DNA of 64,000 nt from an uncultured virus (IMG/VR IMGVR_UViG_3300021957_005284) (taxonomy: Duplodnaviria; Heunggongvirae; Uroviricota; Caudoviricetes), in IMG/VR virus record IMGVR_UViG_3300021957_005284. One strand, 5' to 3'. Each line of letters starts with the position of its first letter. The first letter of the stretch is position 1. Under the pieces are notes generated by a model. It made no database searches. It saw only the letters and a list, made by a program, of their open reading frames with translations, and was not told the DNA's origin. Both the position numbers and the translations under genes were made by a program. Of this stretch, positions 10,089-20,156 are shown one piece after another.

Positions 10089-11807
10089 TTAAAGGATTTT
10101 CTTTTTTACAACATAAGAACCAAGAATCAAAATATCCATTTCACAATTTAGAAATGTTCTGATTGCATCTTCTGGTGTTAAAACCATTGTTTGGTCTTTT
10201 AAGTTGAATGAGGTATTAATTACAATTGGAAATCCATTTATTTTATTCAATTGTTTTAATAAAGATTCTATATATCTATTTGGAAATCCATTTATAGTTT
10301 GAACTCTAGCTGAACCGTCTACATGAGTTATAGAAGGTAGTTGTTTTCTAAATCTTTCTTTTACTTTTACAACTTGATTCATATAAGGAATTTCAGAATC
10401 ATAATCAAAATATGTTGTTAATGAATTTAATAAACATATTGGTGCAAACGGTCTAAACCCTTCTCTCTTTTTAATCATCATATTTAAACGAGATTTCATC
10501 TGAGGGTCTCTTGGGTTTGCTAATATTGAACGATTACCTAATGCTCTTGCACCAAATTCTATTCTACCTTGAAATAATCCTAATATATTATTTTCACTTA
10601 TTTCATGTGCTATATATGGAATCATTTCATCTTGTGGTTTCCATTCATAGTAAACATCATTACCAAAATCATTTAAAGCTCTTAAAATATATTCTTTAGA
10701 ATAGTGAGGGCCTAAGAATGGATTAGTGTTATCTACTCTTGGTATTTTATTATTCACATAATGTTTAGATAAAGTAGCACCAATACAAGAACCTGCATCA
10801 GATGGTGCTGGTGGAATCCAAACATTTTGAAATTTAGTTTTTTCTTTTATCTTTCCATTAGCAGTTCCATTGTATGCACAACCACCAGCTAAACATAAGT
10901 TCGGTGATTCTGTAATTTTGTATAATCTATCTAATAATTTAAAAAAGAATTTTTCATATTGAAATTGTACAGATGCTGCCAAATCTTTATAATCTTGAGT
11001 TAGAGGTTCATCTGGTAATCTATTTGGTATTCCCAATTGTTCACCTAAATTTTCATTAAACATATGAGTATCAGAATATTCATATGTAAAATATTTCATA
11101 TTTAATTTATATTCATCTCTTTCAGATTCTTGAAGTATATCTTCAAACTTTGAATTAAATTTAGTTGGATTGCCATAGGGAGCTAATCCCATTACTTTAT
11201 ATTCACCTTCGTTTGGTTTAAATCCAAGAAATGCTGTCATACTAGAATAAAACATTCCTAATGAATGAGGAAAGTTTATACTTTGAAGTTCTTTTATTTT
11301 ATTACCTTTACCAATTCCAAGTGCAGTTGTTTTCCATTCACCAACACCATCTACTGAAAGTATAGCTGATGATTCGAATGGTGATGTATAATATGAATAT
11401 GCTAAATGAGAGGAATGGTGGTCTGTGAAGGATACTTTAGTTTGTTTACCCTTTATAGTTTCAATATCTTTTAGTAAAATATCATATCCTTCTTGGTTTC
11501 TTTCTATTATATTATTTTTCTTTGAAAAGAAATTGTACCACCTTTTTGGTTTTTTGTTAGTACTTTCTTTTATTCTATCTAACTTTAAAGTAGGATTTTC
11601 ATAGAAACATATTTCAGAAATATCATCTTTTGTAATTGAGTTACTTTCGAATATCCATTTAATCGTATTATATGGAAAAGATGAATCGTGTTTTATACCT
11701 GTGAATCTTTCTTCTTCACAAGCAGATACTACCTTACCATTTTTTAATAAACAAGCGGCACTATCATGGTAACCACAACTTATTCCTAAAACATATTTAA
11801 TTTTCAT
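10089..11807 (-). CDS. Carbamoyltransferase, NodU/CmcH/TobZ family
   Basis: LGI..YHDSAA, EEERF..IKH, HH..H, DGVGE, EYKVMGLAPYG, LAGGCAYN, GARALGNRSIL, KKRE.FRPFAP, NTSFN. Confidence 0.95.
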   Translation of the reverse strand: MKIKYVLGISCGYHDSAACLLKNGKVVSACEEERFTGIKHDSSFPYNTIKWIFESNSITKDDISEICFYENPTLKLDRIKESTNKKPKRWYNFFSKKNNIIERNQEGYDILLKDIETIKGKQTKVSFTDHHSSHLAYSYYTSPFESSAILSVDGVGEWKTTALGIGKGNKIKELQSINFPHSLGMFYSSMTAFLGFKPNEGEYKVMGLAPYGNPTKFNSKFEDILQESERDEYKLNMKYFTYEYSDTHMFNENLGEQLGIPNRLPDEPLTQDYKDLAASVQFQYEKFFFKLLDRLYKITESPNLCLAGGCAYNGTANGKIKEKTKFQNVWIPPAPSDAGSCIGATLSKHYVNNKIPRVDNTNPFLGPHYSKEYILRALNDFGNDVYYEWKPQDEMIPYIAHEISENNILGLFQGRIEFGARALGNRSILANPRDPQMKSRLNMMIKKREGFRPFAPICLLNSLTTYFDYDSEIPYMNQVVKVKERFRKQLPSITHVDGSARVQTINGFPNRYIESLLKQLNKINGFPIVINTSFNLKDQTMVLTPEDAIRTFLNCEMDILILGSYVVKKKIL

Positions 11808-11809
11808 AA

Positions 11810-12562
11810 CTATAAATAATCAGTATCTATAAATCTACTATCTCCCTCGTAAAACGAATTCGAATTACTTTTTTTAACTTCACCATGTTCTAAATAATCA
11901 TTTAACATTTTTTTCTGATGTTGTTTCATTACATTTACAACTTTGGTAATGTAGTGAGTTTTACAATCAGTCATCTCTCTAATAAGAAGATATAAATGTT
12001 TCTTATTAAAGTTTTCTATATGTTCACTTCTTCTAAATAATTCTAATACTGCATCTGCTATTTGTAAATCTCGTTTTTTTGTAAATACAAAATTTAAGTT
12101 TTCATCCCAATACTCCAACATCATTCTTTTAAATTCCCTAAACTCATTATTCTCCTCAACTTGAAAATGGTCATTATGTGGATTCCAAGTTTCAGGCATT
12201 TGAGATAATAATGCATTTTGTTTCCATCTTTTGTAGTTACCATTGTTTTTTAGAATCAAATGGTTCTTTGCAATAATAGTAAAGTAAGAAAAAGCTCTAC
12301 CTTTACCTTCTTGAAACATATGCATTTTTTCTACCATTGTAGAAACTACTTCCATTTGAACATCTATCTTTGGTACATCAAAATAAGTAAACTTAAATGT
12401 GTTCAAAACATTCTCTGCCAATTTTTCGAAAGGATATTTAATTCTTTCTTCATAAATTTTAGACCTCTCTACCGGGTCTTTACATTTGTTGTACTCTATG
12501 ATTGCTTCTTGAGCAGGTGTACCAAAATATATTTTGGATTTTTTTCTTCTTTTCTTTGGCAT
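11810..12562 (-). CDS. Late-transcription sigma factor, T4 gp55-like
   Basis: Sigma region-2-like F...KGRAFSYFTIIAKN resembles the gp55 FDPEKS.NPFAYFTQI motif; next to structural genes. Confidence 0.6.
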   Translation of the reverse strand: MPKKRRKKSKIYFGTPAQEAIIEYNKCKDPVERSKIYEERIKYPFEKLAENVLNTFKFTYFDVPKIDVQMEVVSTMVEKMHMFQEGKGRAFSYFTIIAKNHLILKNNGNYKRWKQNALLSQMPETWNPHNDHFQVEENNEFREFKRMMLEYWDENLNFVFTKKRDLQIADAVLELFRRSEHIENFNKKHLYLLIREMTDCKTHYITKVVNVMKQHQKKMLNDYLEHGEVKKSNSNSFYEGDSRFIDTDYL

Positions 12563-12563
12563 A

Positions 12564-12839
12564 TTAAAATTGGTTATTTAAATCTTGAACTATCTTTTTC
12601 ATTTCATCAAAAGTAACACCCACTTCATCATCTTTTTCGAAAACTTGTTTGTTATCTAATCTTCTCATGTTTTCAAGTGCATCTGATACTCTTGTTCGTA
12701 TAGTCTGTACGGTTCCAACTAATCTATCTTCAAGTTGTTCGTTCTGTCTTAAAAGGTTTCTAATACCCACCAATAAGACAATGTTCAGTATTACTGAAAC
12801 TCCTATAATGATATTATAGGTTGTAAATATTTCTAACAT
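12564..12839 (-). CDS. Small membrane-anchored protein
   Basis: N-terminal TM plus coiled coil; adjacent to the lysin. Confidence 0.55.
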   Translation of the reverse strand: MLEIFTTYNIIIGVSVILNIVLLVGIRNLLRQNEQLEDRLVGTVQTIRTRVSDALENMRRLDNKQVFEKDDEVGVTFDEMKKIVQDLNNQF

Positions 12840-12840
12840 A

Positions 12841-13428
12841 TTATTCTAAGTTTAATTTGTATCCACTAAATTGTGTAAGGTAGGAAGTTAATTTTGTACC
12901 GTTACCATCTCTGAATTCTTTTCCTTTTTTTAAGAATCTTTTAACATTACCTGGTCCTGCTAAGTGTGCAGCTGCAAGAATACCACTTTCGGTAATCTCT
13001 CTACCATGTATGGATTTACCTTCCCATTTATCAATATACTTCTGAAGTATTTTTTTATTATGTAAAAGTAAATCTAACATTGCTTTTTCTTGTAAGTAAG
13101 GTGAATTAAGAAATTGTTCTTTTGATACATCGTATCCTAATGATTTGAGAGTTCGTTTACCGAATTGGTATTTTCCCATATAACCCCAACCATTTACAAC
13201 ATCGTATCTGTTTGAGGATTCTCTCATTCCTATTGCTTCAAGAAACATATCGTGTTGATTTATTTCTATTTTAATAGGCTCTATTTCTATTTCTATAAGT
13301 TCAACTGGTTTAGGTTCTAATACCTCTGCTACTGGCTGAACTGTTGGTAATATAATGTTGGCTGTGAATCCAACTAATCCCAATGTTACAAACATTGAAA
13401 TTACTACCGTTAATATTTGTTTTCTCAT
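12841..13428 (-). CDS. Lysozyme-fold/lytic transglycosylase (endolysin candidate, N-terminal TM)
   Basis: RES.NRY..VN..GY.GKYQFG and LAAAHLAG.G motifs. Confidence 0.75.
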   Translation of the reverse strand: MRKQILTVVISMFVTLGLVGFTANIILPTVQPVAEVLEPKPVELIEIEIEPIKIEINQHDMFLEAIGMRESSNRYDVVNGWGYMGKYQFGKRTLKSLGYDVSKEQFLNSPYLQEKAMLDLLLHNKKILQKYIDKWEGKSIHGREITESGILAAAHLAGPGNVKRFLKKGKEFRDGNGTKLTSYLTQFSGYKLNLE

Positions 13429-13455
13429 AGGGATTGCTCCTTTTGATTTACTATG

Positions 13456-13487
13456 TAAATATACGAAAAATTTTCGATATATCCAAA
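13456..13487 (-). promoter_or_regulatory. Bacteroidota sigma70-type promoter
   Basis: TTTG-N20-TATATTTA on the minus strand. Confidence 0.7.
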
Positions 13488-14023
13488 TTTTTAGGGAGTT
13501 TTTTTAACACTCACCTGTTGGTCCATAGTATAACCCACTAAACTCCTCATCTAAATCTTCATTTTCTTGCGTATCTTCTAGTATATCATTAGTCATTTCA
13601 AGGAGAGCTTTGTTTTCTTTCGTTACATTCTCCCATAACTTTACATTGAAATCTATTTTATTTAGTATTTCTTTTTTTGTGAAAACATTTTTCTGTATAA
13701 GCAAATCCATGATACTTTGTGTTACTAAACTTTGAGTAAGTAATTTACTTTGTAATCTCTTTATTATTTTTTTTGATGTTAAGTTCATTTAATAAATCTT
13801 TTAATTCGTTTATATTCTCATCTCCTAAAACCAAATCACCAAAGGATTTTTTGATTGATTTATCACTATAACCTAATGCTGCTGCTAACCTAACACAAAC
13901 AATTTTGTACTCGTTGATGTTCATATCATCTGGTACTTCAAATTCTATTTTAGATGCTTCTCTGTTTGCCTCTACAAACTCTTTATCTGTATATGTAAAT
14001 ATAAGTTTACTCATTTTTTCGTT

Positions 14024-14641
14024 TTATAGGATTTCTGCTCCTTGTGTTAATAATGGTTGTGCTTTTTTGTATTTCATAAATTCGGTTTCACCATTTGGTA
14101 GTTTAACCATTACTCTTTCGTTTCTTCCATACTTCTTTTTTCTAACAACAGTTTCAGTATATTTTCTTATAGAATCTGTAATTAAAACACCGTTAAGATG
14201 GTCTATTTCGTGTTGAGCAACAACAGATTCTAACATTCCCTCATCTGAAAAAAATTCTTCTGAATTTTTCCATGTACCTGTTTCTGAATCAGGTGAGAAT
14301 ATAACTGTTCCTAAATTATCACACTCAACTGTAAATGATTTATGTCTTACTGTCTTAACTGGTTTACGCATTGATTTGGGAATTGATAAACACTGTTCTA
14401 CATAAGCAACTGCATCATCCGATACTTCAACAACACGAGGGTTTATGAGTACCAATGGGTCTTTTACATTGATTACACAGGCTCTTTTATCTATTCCTAT
14501 TTGATTTGCTGATAATCCGATACCTCCATATTTTTTTAAACCATTTAATAGCTTAACAGAAATATCTTCTATTTCTTCTTTAGTAAAAGTAGATGGTTCT
14601 ATTTTTCTTTTAAGTTTACTTGGGTCTTTAATTAACATCAT
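14024..14641 (-). CDS. def: Peptide deformylase
   Basis: GIGLSANQIG, EQCLS (EGCLS) and QHEIDHLNG motifs. Confidence 0.95.
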   Translation of the reverse strand: MMLIKDPSKLKRKIEPSTFTKEEIEDISVKLLNGLKKYGGIGLSANQIGIDKRACVINVKDPLVLINPRVVEVSDDAVAYVEQCLSIPKSMRKPVKTVRHKSFTVECDNLGTVIFSPDSETGTWKNSEEFFSDEGMLESVVAQHEIDHLNGVLITDSIRKYTETVVRKKKYGRNERVMVKLPNGETEFMKYKKAQPLLTQGAEIL

Positions 14642-14884
14642 TAAATAAATTTAATTGGTTTGTATTTTCTACTAATTTTCTTTCAGAAATCGGATGTCCC
14701 CATCCTCTTACATAAACTGTTTTACCCCCATCAGGTGATTCAAAGATTTTAGCATCTTTCATTTTTTCAGAAAGTTCTTCTCTGTATTTAATTCCTTTAA
14801 GATATAATTCTCTTACTTTTTTTCCAAGTTCCATATCGTTGGGATACTCATTTACTAATTGTTCTATATTCATTATTGTATATT

Positions 14885-15670
14885 TTATAAGTTGGTGGTT
14901 ACTATTAGTTTTTTTAAATTTGGATATTCTTTTAAAAGGTCAATGTGAACAAAATAATATTCCCAATCTACCTCTTCTAAATCATTTATTTCTTTTAAAT
15001 TAGAATATACTTTTTTATCTAACCCAACCCAATCGTTGTTTTGCCAGGTTACAATTACATCTCTTTTTCTATCAATTCTTGCAAAATCTAGTAGTGGATT
15101 TTTTATTTGAATATAAGGTTTATCAAAGAAAAAGTTTTGTATTTCTGATGGTGAACCATATTCCAAAATAATAGTATTTATTTTTATTTTTGAATTTTTA
15201 AAATACTCTGTTAATACATTTAATTCATGTCCTTCTATATCGAGTGCAAGTACATCAATTATATTTGGTGCTTTAAATTTTTTAAGTAAATTTGTTAGGG
15301 TTATACTTTTTAAAATGAGTTCGTCAGTATCTCCAACAGGAAACTCAGTTTTTTGATTACTATTACCTTGTATTTTTGAATATTCAGGTTTTTGTATATG
15401 TCTTAAAAATTTTACTTTTTTTTCTACATCTAATATAGGTTTTTTTTCAATGTGACACTTTCTGTATTTATGTAAATTTTCGTGCCAGTATGTATTTGGT
15501 TCAACTACAATCCCATTCCAATTTTTTTCTTTTTCTAAAAAATGTGTTTGAGAACAAACTAATCCATCCAATGCACCTATTTCAACAAAATATCCATTCT
15601 CTTTTCCTCCAAATATAATTTCATTTATAAATCTATCATTAAATAAATCGTGATAATATTTGTTTTTCAT
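14885..15670 (-). CDS. FkbM-family SAM-dependent methyltransferase
   Basis: GYFVEIGALDG...WNGIVVEPN...LDIEGHE; start moved to the ATG at 15670. Confidence 0.85.
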   Translation of the reverse strand: MKNKYYHDLFNDRFINEIIFGGKENGYFVEIGALDGLVCSQTHFLEKEKNWNGIVVEPNTYWHENLHKYRKCHIEKKPILDVEKKVKFLRHIQKPEYSKIQGNSNQKTEFPVGDTDELILKSITLTNLLKKFKAPNIIDVLALDIEGHELNVLTEYFKNSKIKINTIILEYGSPSEIQNFFFDKPYIQIKNPLLDFARIDRKRDVIVTWQNNDWVGLDKKVYSNLKEINDLEEVDWEYYFVHIDLLKEYPNLKKLIVTTNL

Positions 15671-15672
15671 TT

Positions 15673-16146
15673 TTATTCTGCTATGTTTAAATATTTTTCT
15701 AGTAACCAAGATGATGATTGAATCTTATCTCCCAATCCCCATACTGAATCTATTCCATATGAATTACAAACATCGTTTTCTGGTGTGGTTGTTTCTGTTC
15801 TATCACCACCATTACCAAATGCCATTACACCTTTTGGTAAATCACCATTTTCACTTATATACTTTCTTCTTGCATGGTCTATGAAATCAATTGCTGTATC
15901 ATCTCCATGTATAAGTGGATTCATTACATAAACATAATCCACATCTCTTAATGATTCCATTATGAAAGCTCTTTCATCTTCTTTCATAAATGATTTACCC
16001 TTTTTTCTCCTTAACCAACTATCGTTGTTTAATCCTATCCAAACTTCATCTGCTAACTTCTTAGCATTTTGGATACATTCTATGTGACCTTTATGAACAG
16101 GATCAAATCCACCACTTATTAAAATTACTTTATACTTTTTACTCAT
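15673..16146 (-). CDS. Cytidylyltransferase (HxGH nucleotidyltransferase, TagD/RfaE-II-like)
   Basis: SGGFDPVHKGH, NGGDR and K.QSSSW motifs. Confidence 0.9.
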   Translation of the reverse strand: MSKKYKVILISGGFDPVHKGHIECIQNAKKLADEVWIGLNNDSWLRRKKGKSFMKEDERAFIMESLRDVDYVYVMNPLIHGDDTAIDFIDHARRKYISENGDLPKGVMAFGNGGDRTETTTPENDVCNSYGIDSVWGLGDKIQSSSWLLEKYLNIAE

Positions 16147-16164
16147 TATAAACTATTTGTTATA

Positions 16165-16196
16165 CAAATATACGAAAATTATTTTACAATTCCTAA
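16165..16196 (-). promoter_or_regulatory. Bacteroidota sigma70-type promoter
   Basis: Perfect -7 box TATATTTG preceded by TTTTCG; weak -33 box. Confidence 0.6.
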
Positions 16197-17156
16197 TTAT
16201 TTCCAAGAAAATCCAGCTCCCATATGTCCAAACGCTGCTGATTCTCCAAATATCGGTTTTCTTAGTTCTAAGAAATCAATAATTCCTTTTGGTGATAAAT
16301 CATATCCTTTGATAAATTCGTGCTCTCCATCAACGATTGCAGTTGCTTGAAGTGGTTGGTCATATCCGATTGCATAAGCAAGTTGAACTATCACTTCATT
16401 TACCTCTGGTCTTTCTTCTAAGATATCTACTGCAATTCTTCTTCCCATATATGCAGCACTTCTATCAACCTTAGTACAATCTTTACCACTAAATGCTCCA
16501 CCACCAAGTGGAACTCTTGGGCCATAATTATCAACTGCTAACTTTCTACCAGTTAACCCAGCATCGGCAGTAAACCCACCAATGTTCCAATCACCTGCAG
16601 GATTACAATGTAATGATTCAATATGATATTGTGGATATCTACTAAAGAATCCTCCAACCAAACCTTCTAACATTTCCTTTGGTGCATTTTGAAATGAACA
16701 AACAACTCTAAGTGAGTTTCCATTCATCGTAACTTGTGTTTTACCATCGTAAGGAAACTTATCAAATATAAACTTATTAAGTTCTCTTGATAAATAATAT
16801 TCTTGTGGTAAAAATTGTTCGTTATCTCTACAAGCATAACCAATCATAATTCCTTGGTCACCTGCCCCACCAGTATCAACTCCTTGAGCAATCTCTGGTG
16901 ATTGTGAGTTAAGATGTATGATTACATCTTTTACTCCTGATATATTATTTACAACTGTTCTAATATCTGTTTCTGTTACTTCAGTATTTGAGGTTACTTC
17001 ACCAGTTATAAATACTTTTCCATTTCCACCTGCAGTTTCAATTGCTACTCGTGAATTAGGGTCTCCTTGTAAATATAAATCTAATAATGTGTCTGATATT
17101 CTATCACACATTTTGTCTGGGTGCATCGGTGATACACATTCTGCCGTTCTAATCAT
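16197..17156 (-). CDS. metK: S-adenosylmethionine synthetase
   Basis: HPDK.CD.ISD, GAGDQG, DAGLTGRK and GGGAFSGKD..KVDRS motifs. Confidence 0.95.
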   Translation of the reverse strand: MIRTAECVSPMHPDKMCDRISDTLLDLYLQGDPNSRVAIETAGGNGKVFITGEVTSNTEVTETDIRTVVNNISGVKDVIIHLNSQSPEIAQGVDTGGAGDQGIMIGYACRDNEQFLPQEYYLSRELNKFIFDKFPYDGKTQVTMNGNSLRVVCSFQNAPKEMLEGLVGGFFSRYPQYHIESLHCNPAGDWNIGGFTADAGLTGRKLAVDNYGPRVPLGGGAFSGKDCTKVDRSAAYMGRRIAVDILEERPEVNEVIVQLAYAIGYDQPLQATAIVDGEHEFIKGYDLSPKGIIDFLELRKPIFGESAAFGHMGAGFSWK

Positions 17157-17339
17157 TTATTCGGATTTTGTAATTAATGTTGTTATTATATATAAAATGA
17201 ATATTGGTACTGCTGGAATGAAAAACAGTAACACAAATAACAATCTCCAAAGGAGAGGGTCTGTATCAAAGTAGTTTCCTAATCCACCACAAATACCTGC
17301 TAATTTTCTATTTAATTTATTTCTTTTAAATTTTTTCAT
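17157..17339 (-). CDS. PspC-domain membrane protein
   Basis: R...R.LAGICGGLG.YF..DP...R motif. Confidence 0.85.
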   Translation of the reverse strand: MKKFKRNKLNRKLAGICGGLGNYFDTDPLLWRLLFVLLFFIPAVPIFILYIITTLITKSE

Positions 17340-18078
17340 ATATTTTTTTTGCTATTTTAATATGTCCTTCTATGGAAGGATGACCATCGTTTACTTCATT
17401 ATTAGTAATATTTTCTATTGATAATTTATTTTTATTTATAAACTCATATAAATTATAAAGTATAGTAGAGTCTTTAAATAATTTATCATTTTCCAAAGGT
17501 TTCCAAAAAACTTCTTCTAATGTTATAATTTTAAAATCTATATTTTTTGATTTTAACTTATAAAGTAGATTTAAAAAATTTCTATCTAATTGAATCAAAT
17601 ATTCTTTTTCATTAAAAAAGTTATCTAAATAGTTTTCATAGATTGGAAATTTATTATAGTCCAATTGTTTTCCATATTTGTAATCGGTTGTCATCATTAC
17701 GGCATAACCTTCATTTGTTGGGTCTACTCCATCACGAGGTCCCCAATTTGTTACTAGCCACTTATTAAATTCAGTTGACCATAATTCACTTCTACCCCAG
17801 TTTGAATATTCTAATATAAATAATTTATCTGAACAATCTTCTAATTCAAGTATTTCCTCAACATTTCTCATTAGATATTCTATACTTGAACCACACTTTC
17901 CAAGATTTCTAGTTTTGATATTAGAAAGAGTTTCTAATTGTTTTGGCCAAGCAACATCTTTCATTGATTTAACATAAATTCCTTTATTTTTCTTTAACCA
18001 AGAATTATAAGAATCGTTTACATGCAACCCATCACCTTCTGTAAAAGAAGTTCCAATACATATTATTTCACTTATCAT
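17326..18078 (-). CDS. SGNH/GDSL-like hydrolase/acyltransferase
   Basis: GTSFTEG ... NLGKCGSS ... DGHP. Confidence 0.7.
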   Translation of the reverse strand: MISEIICIGTSFTEGDGLHVNDSYNSWLKKNKGIYVKSMKDVAWPKQLETLSNIKTRNLGKCGSSIEYLMRNVEEILELEDCSDKLFILEYSNWGRSELWSTEFNKWLVTNWGPRDGVDPTNEGYAVMMTTDYKYGKQLDYNKFPIYENYLDNFFNEKEYLIQLDRNFLNLLYKLKSKNIDFKIITLEEVFWKPLENDKLFKDSTILYNLYEFINKNKLSIENITNNEVNDGHPSIEGHIKIAKKIYEKI

Positions 18079-18188
18079 TTAATTTTTGTTGAAGTTTCTG
18101 AATTTGAAGTTTAGTTTCTGAATTTCCTTTTTGCATTTTTAATTTCAGAATATTTTCTAATAACTTTTTTTTTAATTTTAAATCCATC

Positions 18189-19097
18189 TTAATTTGATAA
18201 AGGTGCTTTAATTATTGGTTGTGATTGGTATCCTATAATTTCATAATCAAATTCTCCATTTAAAATATCTACATTTGATAATTTAACAGTTGGTAATTGA
18301 AAAGATTTTCTTAATCTTTGTTCTTCTGCCTGTTCTATATGATTTTTATATAAATGAGTATCACCCAAGTTCCCAATTAGTTCATCTGGTTCTAAATTTG
18401 TTTCCTCACATAATAGAAGTAATAACATTCCATAAGATGCAATGTTAAATGGTAATCCTAAGAAAGTATCAACACTTCTTTGATTCCACATTAAAGATAG
18501 TTTACCATCGTTTACATAACATTGAAATCCATAATGACAAGGTGGTAAAACCATTTCATCTAACTCTGATGGGTTCCAAGAATTAACCACCAATCTTCTA
18601 CTATCAGGATTTTCTTTAATAAGTTCTATAAGGTTTTTAATTTGGTCTATTTTATATGTTGGTGATGAACCATGTCTTTTTTCAATTCTTCTCCATTGTT
18701 TTCCATAAACAGGTCCAAGTTCTCCCCAAACCCTAGCGAAATCATCATCTGTTTTAATTTTTTCTACAAATTCTTTTTGAGTAAGTGGTGCATCTTCTAA
18801 CTCATAGTTATATGTTCTTTCATATGTTTTATAAGCATCACCATTCCAAATGTTACATCCATTCTCTACCAAATATTTTATATTGGTTTTTCCTTTTAAG
18901 AACCATTTAAGTTCTGTCATGATTGATTTGATTGCCATCTTCTTTGTTGTAAGAAGTGGAAACCCTTCATTCATTTTGTGTCTGATTTGTTTACCGAAAA
19001 CAGATTTTGTACCTGTTCCAGTCCTATCAGTTTTTTCTTTACCTTCAAGTAAAATATCTTGAAGTAAATCTTGGTATTGTAAATCTAAGTTATTCAT
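18189..19097 (-). CDS. thyA: Thymidylate synthase
   Basis: DRTGTGT, FPLLTTKK, LGPVYG.QWR, LPPCH, QRSVD.FLGLPFNIASY. Confidence 0.97.
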   Translation of the reverse strand: MNNLDLQYQDLLQDILLEGKEKTDRTGTGTKSVFGKQIRHKMNEGFPLLTTKKMAIKSIMTELKWFLKGKTNIKYLVENGCNIWNGDAYKTYERTYNYELEDAPLTQKEFVEKIKTDDDFARVWGELGPVYGKQWRRIEKRHGSSPTYKIDQIKNLIELIKENPDSRRLVVNSWNPSELDEMVLPPCHYGFQCYVNDGKLSLMWNQRSVDTFLGLPFNIASYGMLLLLLCEETNLEPDELIGNLGDTHLYKNHIEQAEEQRLRKSFQLPTVKLSNVDILNGEFDYEIIGYQSQPIIKAPLSN

Positions 19098-19590
19098 ATA
19101 ATAATTTACTATTAGTTTCGTTTATTAAAAAAAAGTATTCACCATCTTCTTTTTTTGTTTTAAATGTTGGAGAGGAAACACATAATTTATCAAAGTCACA
19201 ACCCTCATCAAATCCAAACCTTATAAATAAAGTTTCATCGCTTTCAATAAAGTTAGGAACTTTTGCAGGCCATGGTTCTTGATAAAAAATTTTTACATTT
19301 TTATTTGTTTCTTCTTTTAAAAATTTAACTTCCGATATACTTGGAAATGGTTCTGAAAATTGTTCTTTTTCACTTCTGCAAATAAGTACAACATTTTTAT
19401 ACTCTACTTCATTTATATAATCTACCAATTCTTCTACCACATTACGCTCTAGATTATTGTTTATATTAAATACACCTTCACCATTTTCCACATTTATATA
19501 TACATAAACATAAAAATTTTTCGGTCTATTAAACTTAATATTTTTTTCTTTTATAATTTTATCAATAAAAGTTTTTCTTATTCTTCCCAC
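19090..19590 (-). CDS. Hypothetical protein
   Basis: ORF in a tightly packed operon. Confidence 0.55.
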   Translation of the reverse strand: MGRIRKTFIDKIIKEKNIKFNRPKNFYVYVYINVENGEGVFNINNNLERNVVEELVDYINEVEYKNVVLICRSEKEQFSEPFPSISEVKFLKEETNKNVKIFYQEPWPAKVPNFIESDETLFIRFGFDEGCDFDKLCVSSPTFKTKKEDGEYFFLINETNSKLLYE

Positions 19591-20156
19591 TCTTTTGTAT
19601 TTTTTATATTACCAATTGCATCAAAAATAGTTTCTTTAAAATACTTAACATTATTTTTTATTATACACTCCACTTCGTTATTTAATTTTCCTTGAATATC
19701 TAATTCTTTTTTATAATATGATAATTCGTATTCATCACTAGGTGGATAAAAAATTATATGAGTTTGTACATTTCTTGGAAAATAGTAATATCGTATCTCA
19801 TCTGTTTTTATTTCATTGGCGTATTTAGTTTCTTTATAGATTACTTCTGCGTCAAAATTTAACTCGTCCTCTGTAAAATATTCTAATTCTTTTACTAACT
19901 TTCCTTCGTCAAATATTTTTTTTCTAAAAAGTTTACCATTTAATTGGTAATACAATTCTTCATTTTCTTTTTTTATAGGTACTCCTTGATTCCATTTTAA
20001 TTTACCATCTCTTTCTTTGGTTATTATATAATCAAGATTTGGATTTTGTTTTTTCCATTCTAAATAATCTTCATACTCACTATTAAAATTATATATTACC
20101 TTATTTAGTTTAAGGTCTAAAACACAATCATCATTAAACAAAAACTTCTTATACAT
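19578..20156 (-). CDS. Hypothetical protein with MORN-variant-like segments
   Basis: YY.LNGKL, F.EGKL..E.EY repeats. Confidence 0.5.
   Translation of the reverse strand: MYKKFLFNDDCVLDLKLNKVIYNFNSEYEDYLEWKKQNPNLDYIITKERDGKLKWNQGVPIKKENEELYYQLNGKLFRKKIFDEGKLVKELEYFTEDELNFDAEVIYKETKYANEIKTDEIRYYYFPRNVQTHIIFYPPSDEYELSYYKKELDIQGKLNNEVECIIKNNVKYFKETIFDAIGNIKNTKEWEE

Noticed and set aside
18189..19097. dCMP/dUMP hydroxymethylase for DNA hypermodification
   Set aside because: All canonical ThyA motifs are present, including the dUMP-specifying Asn (PFN)
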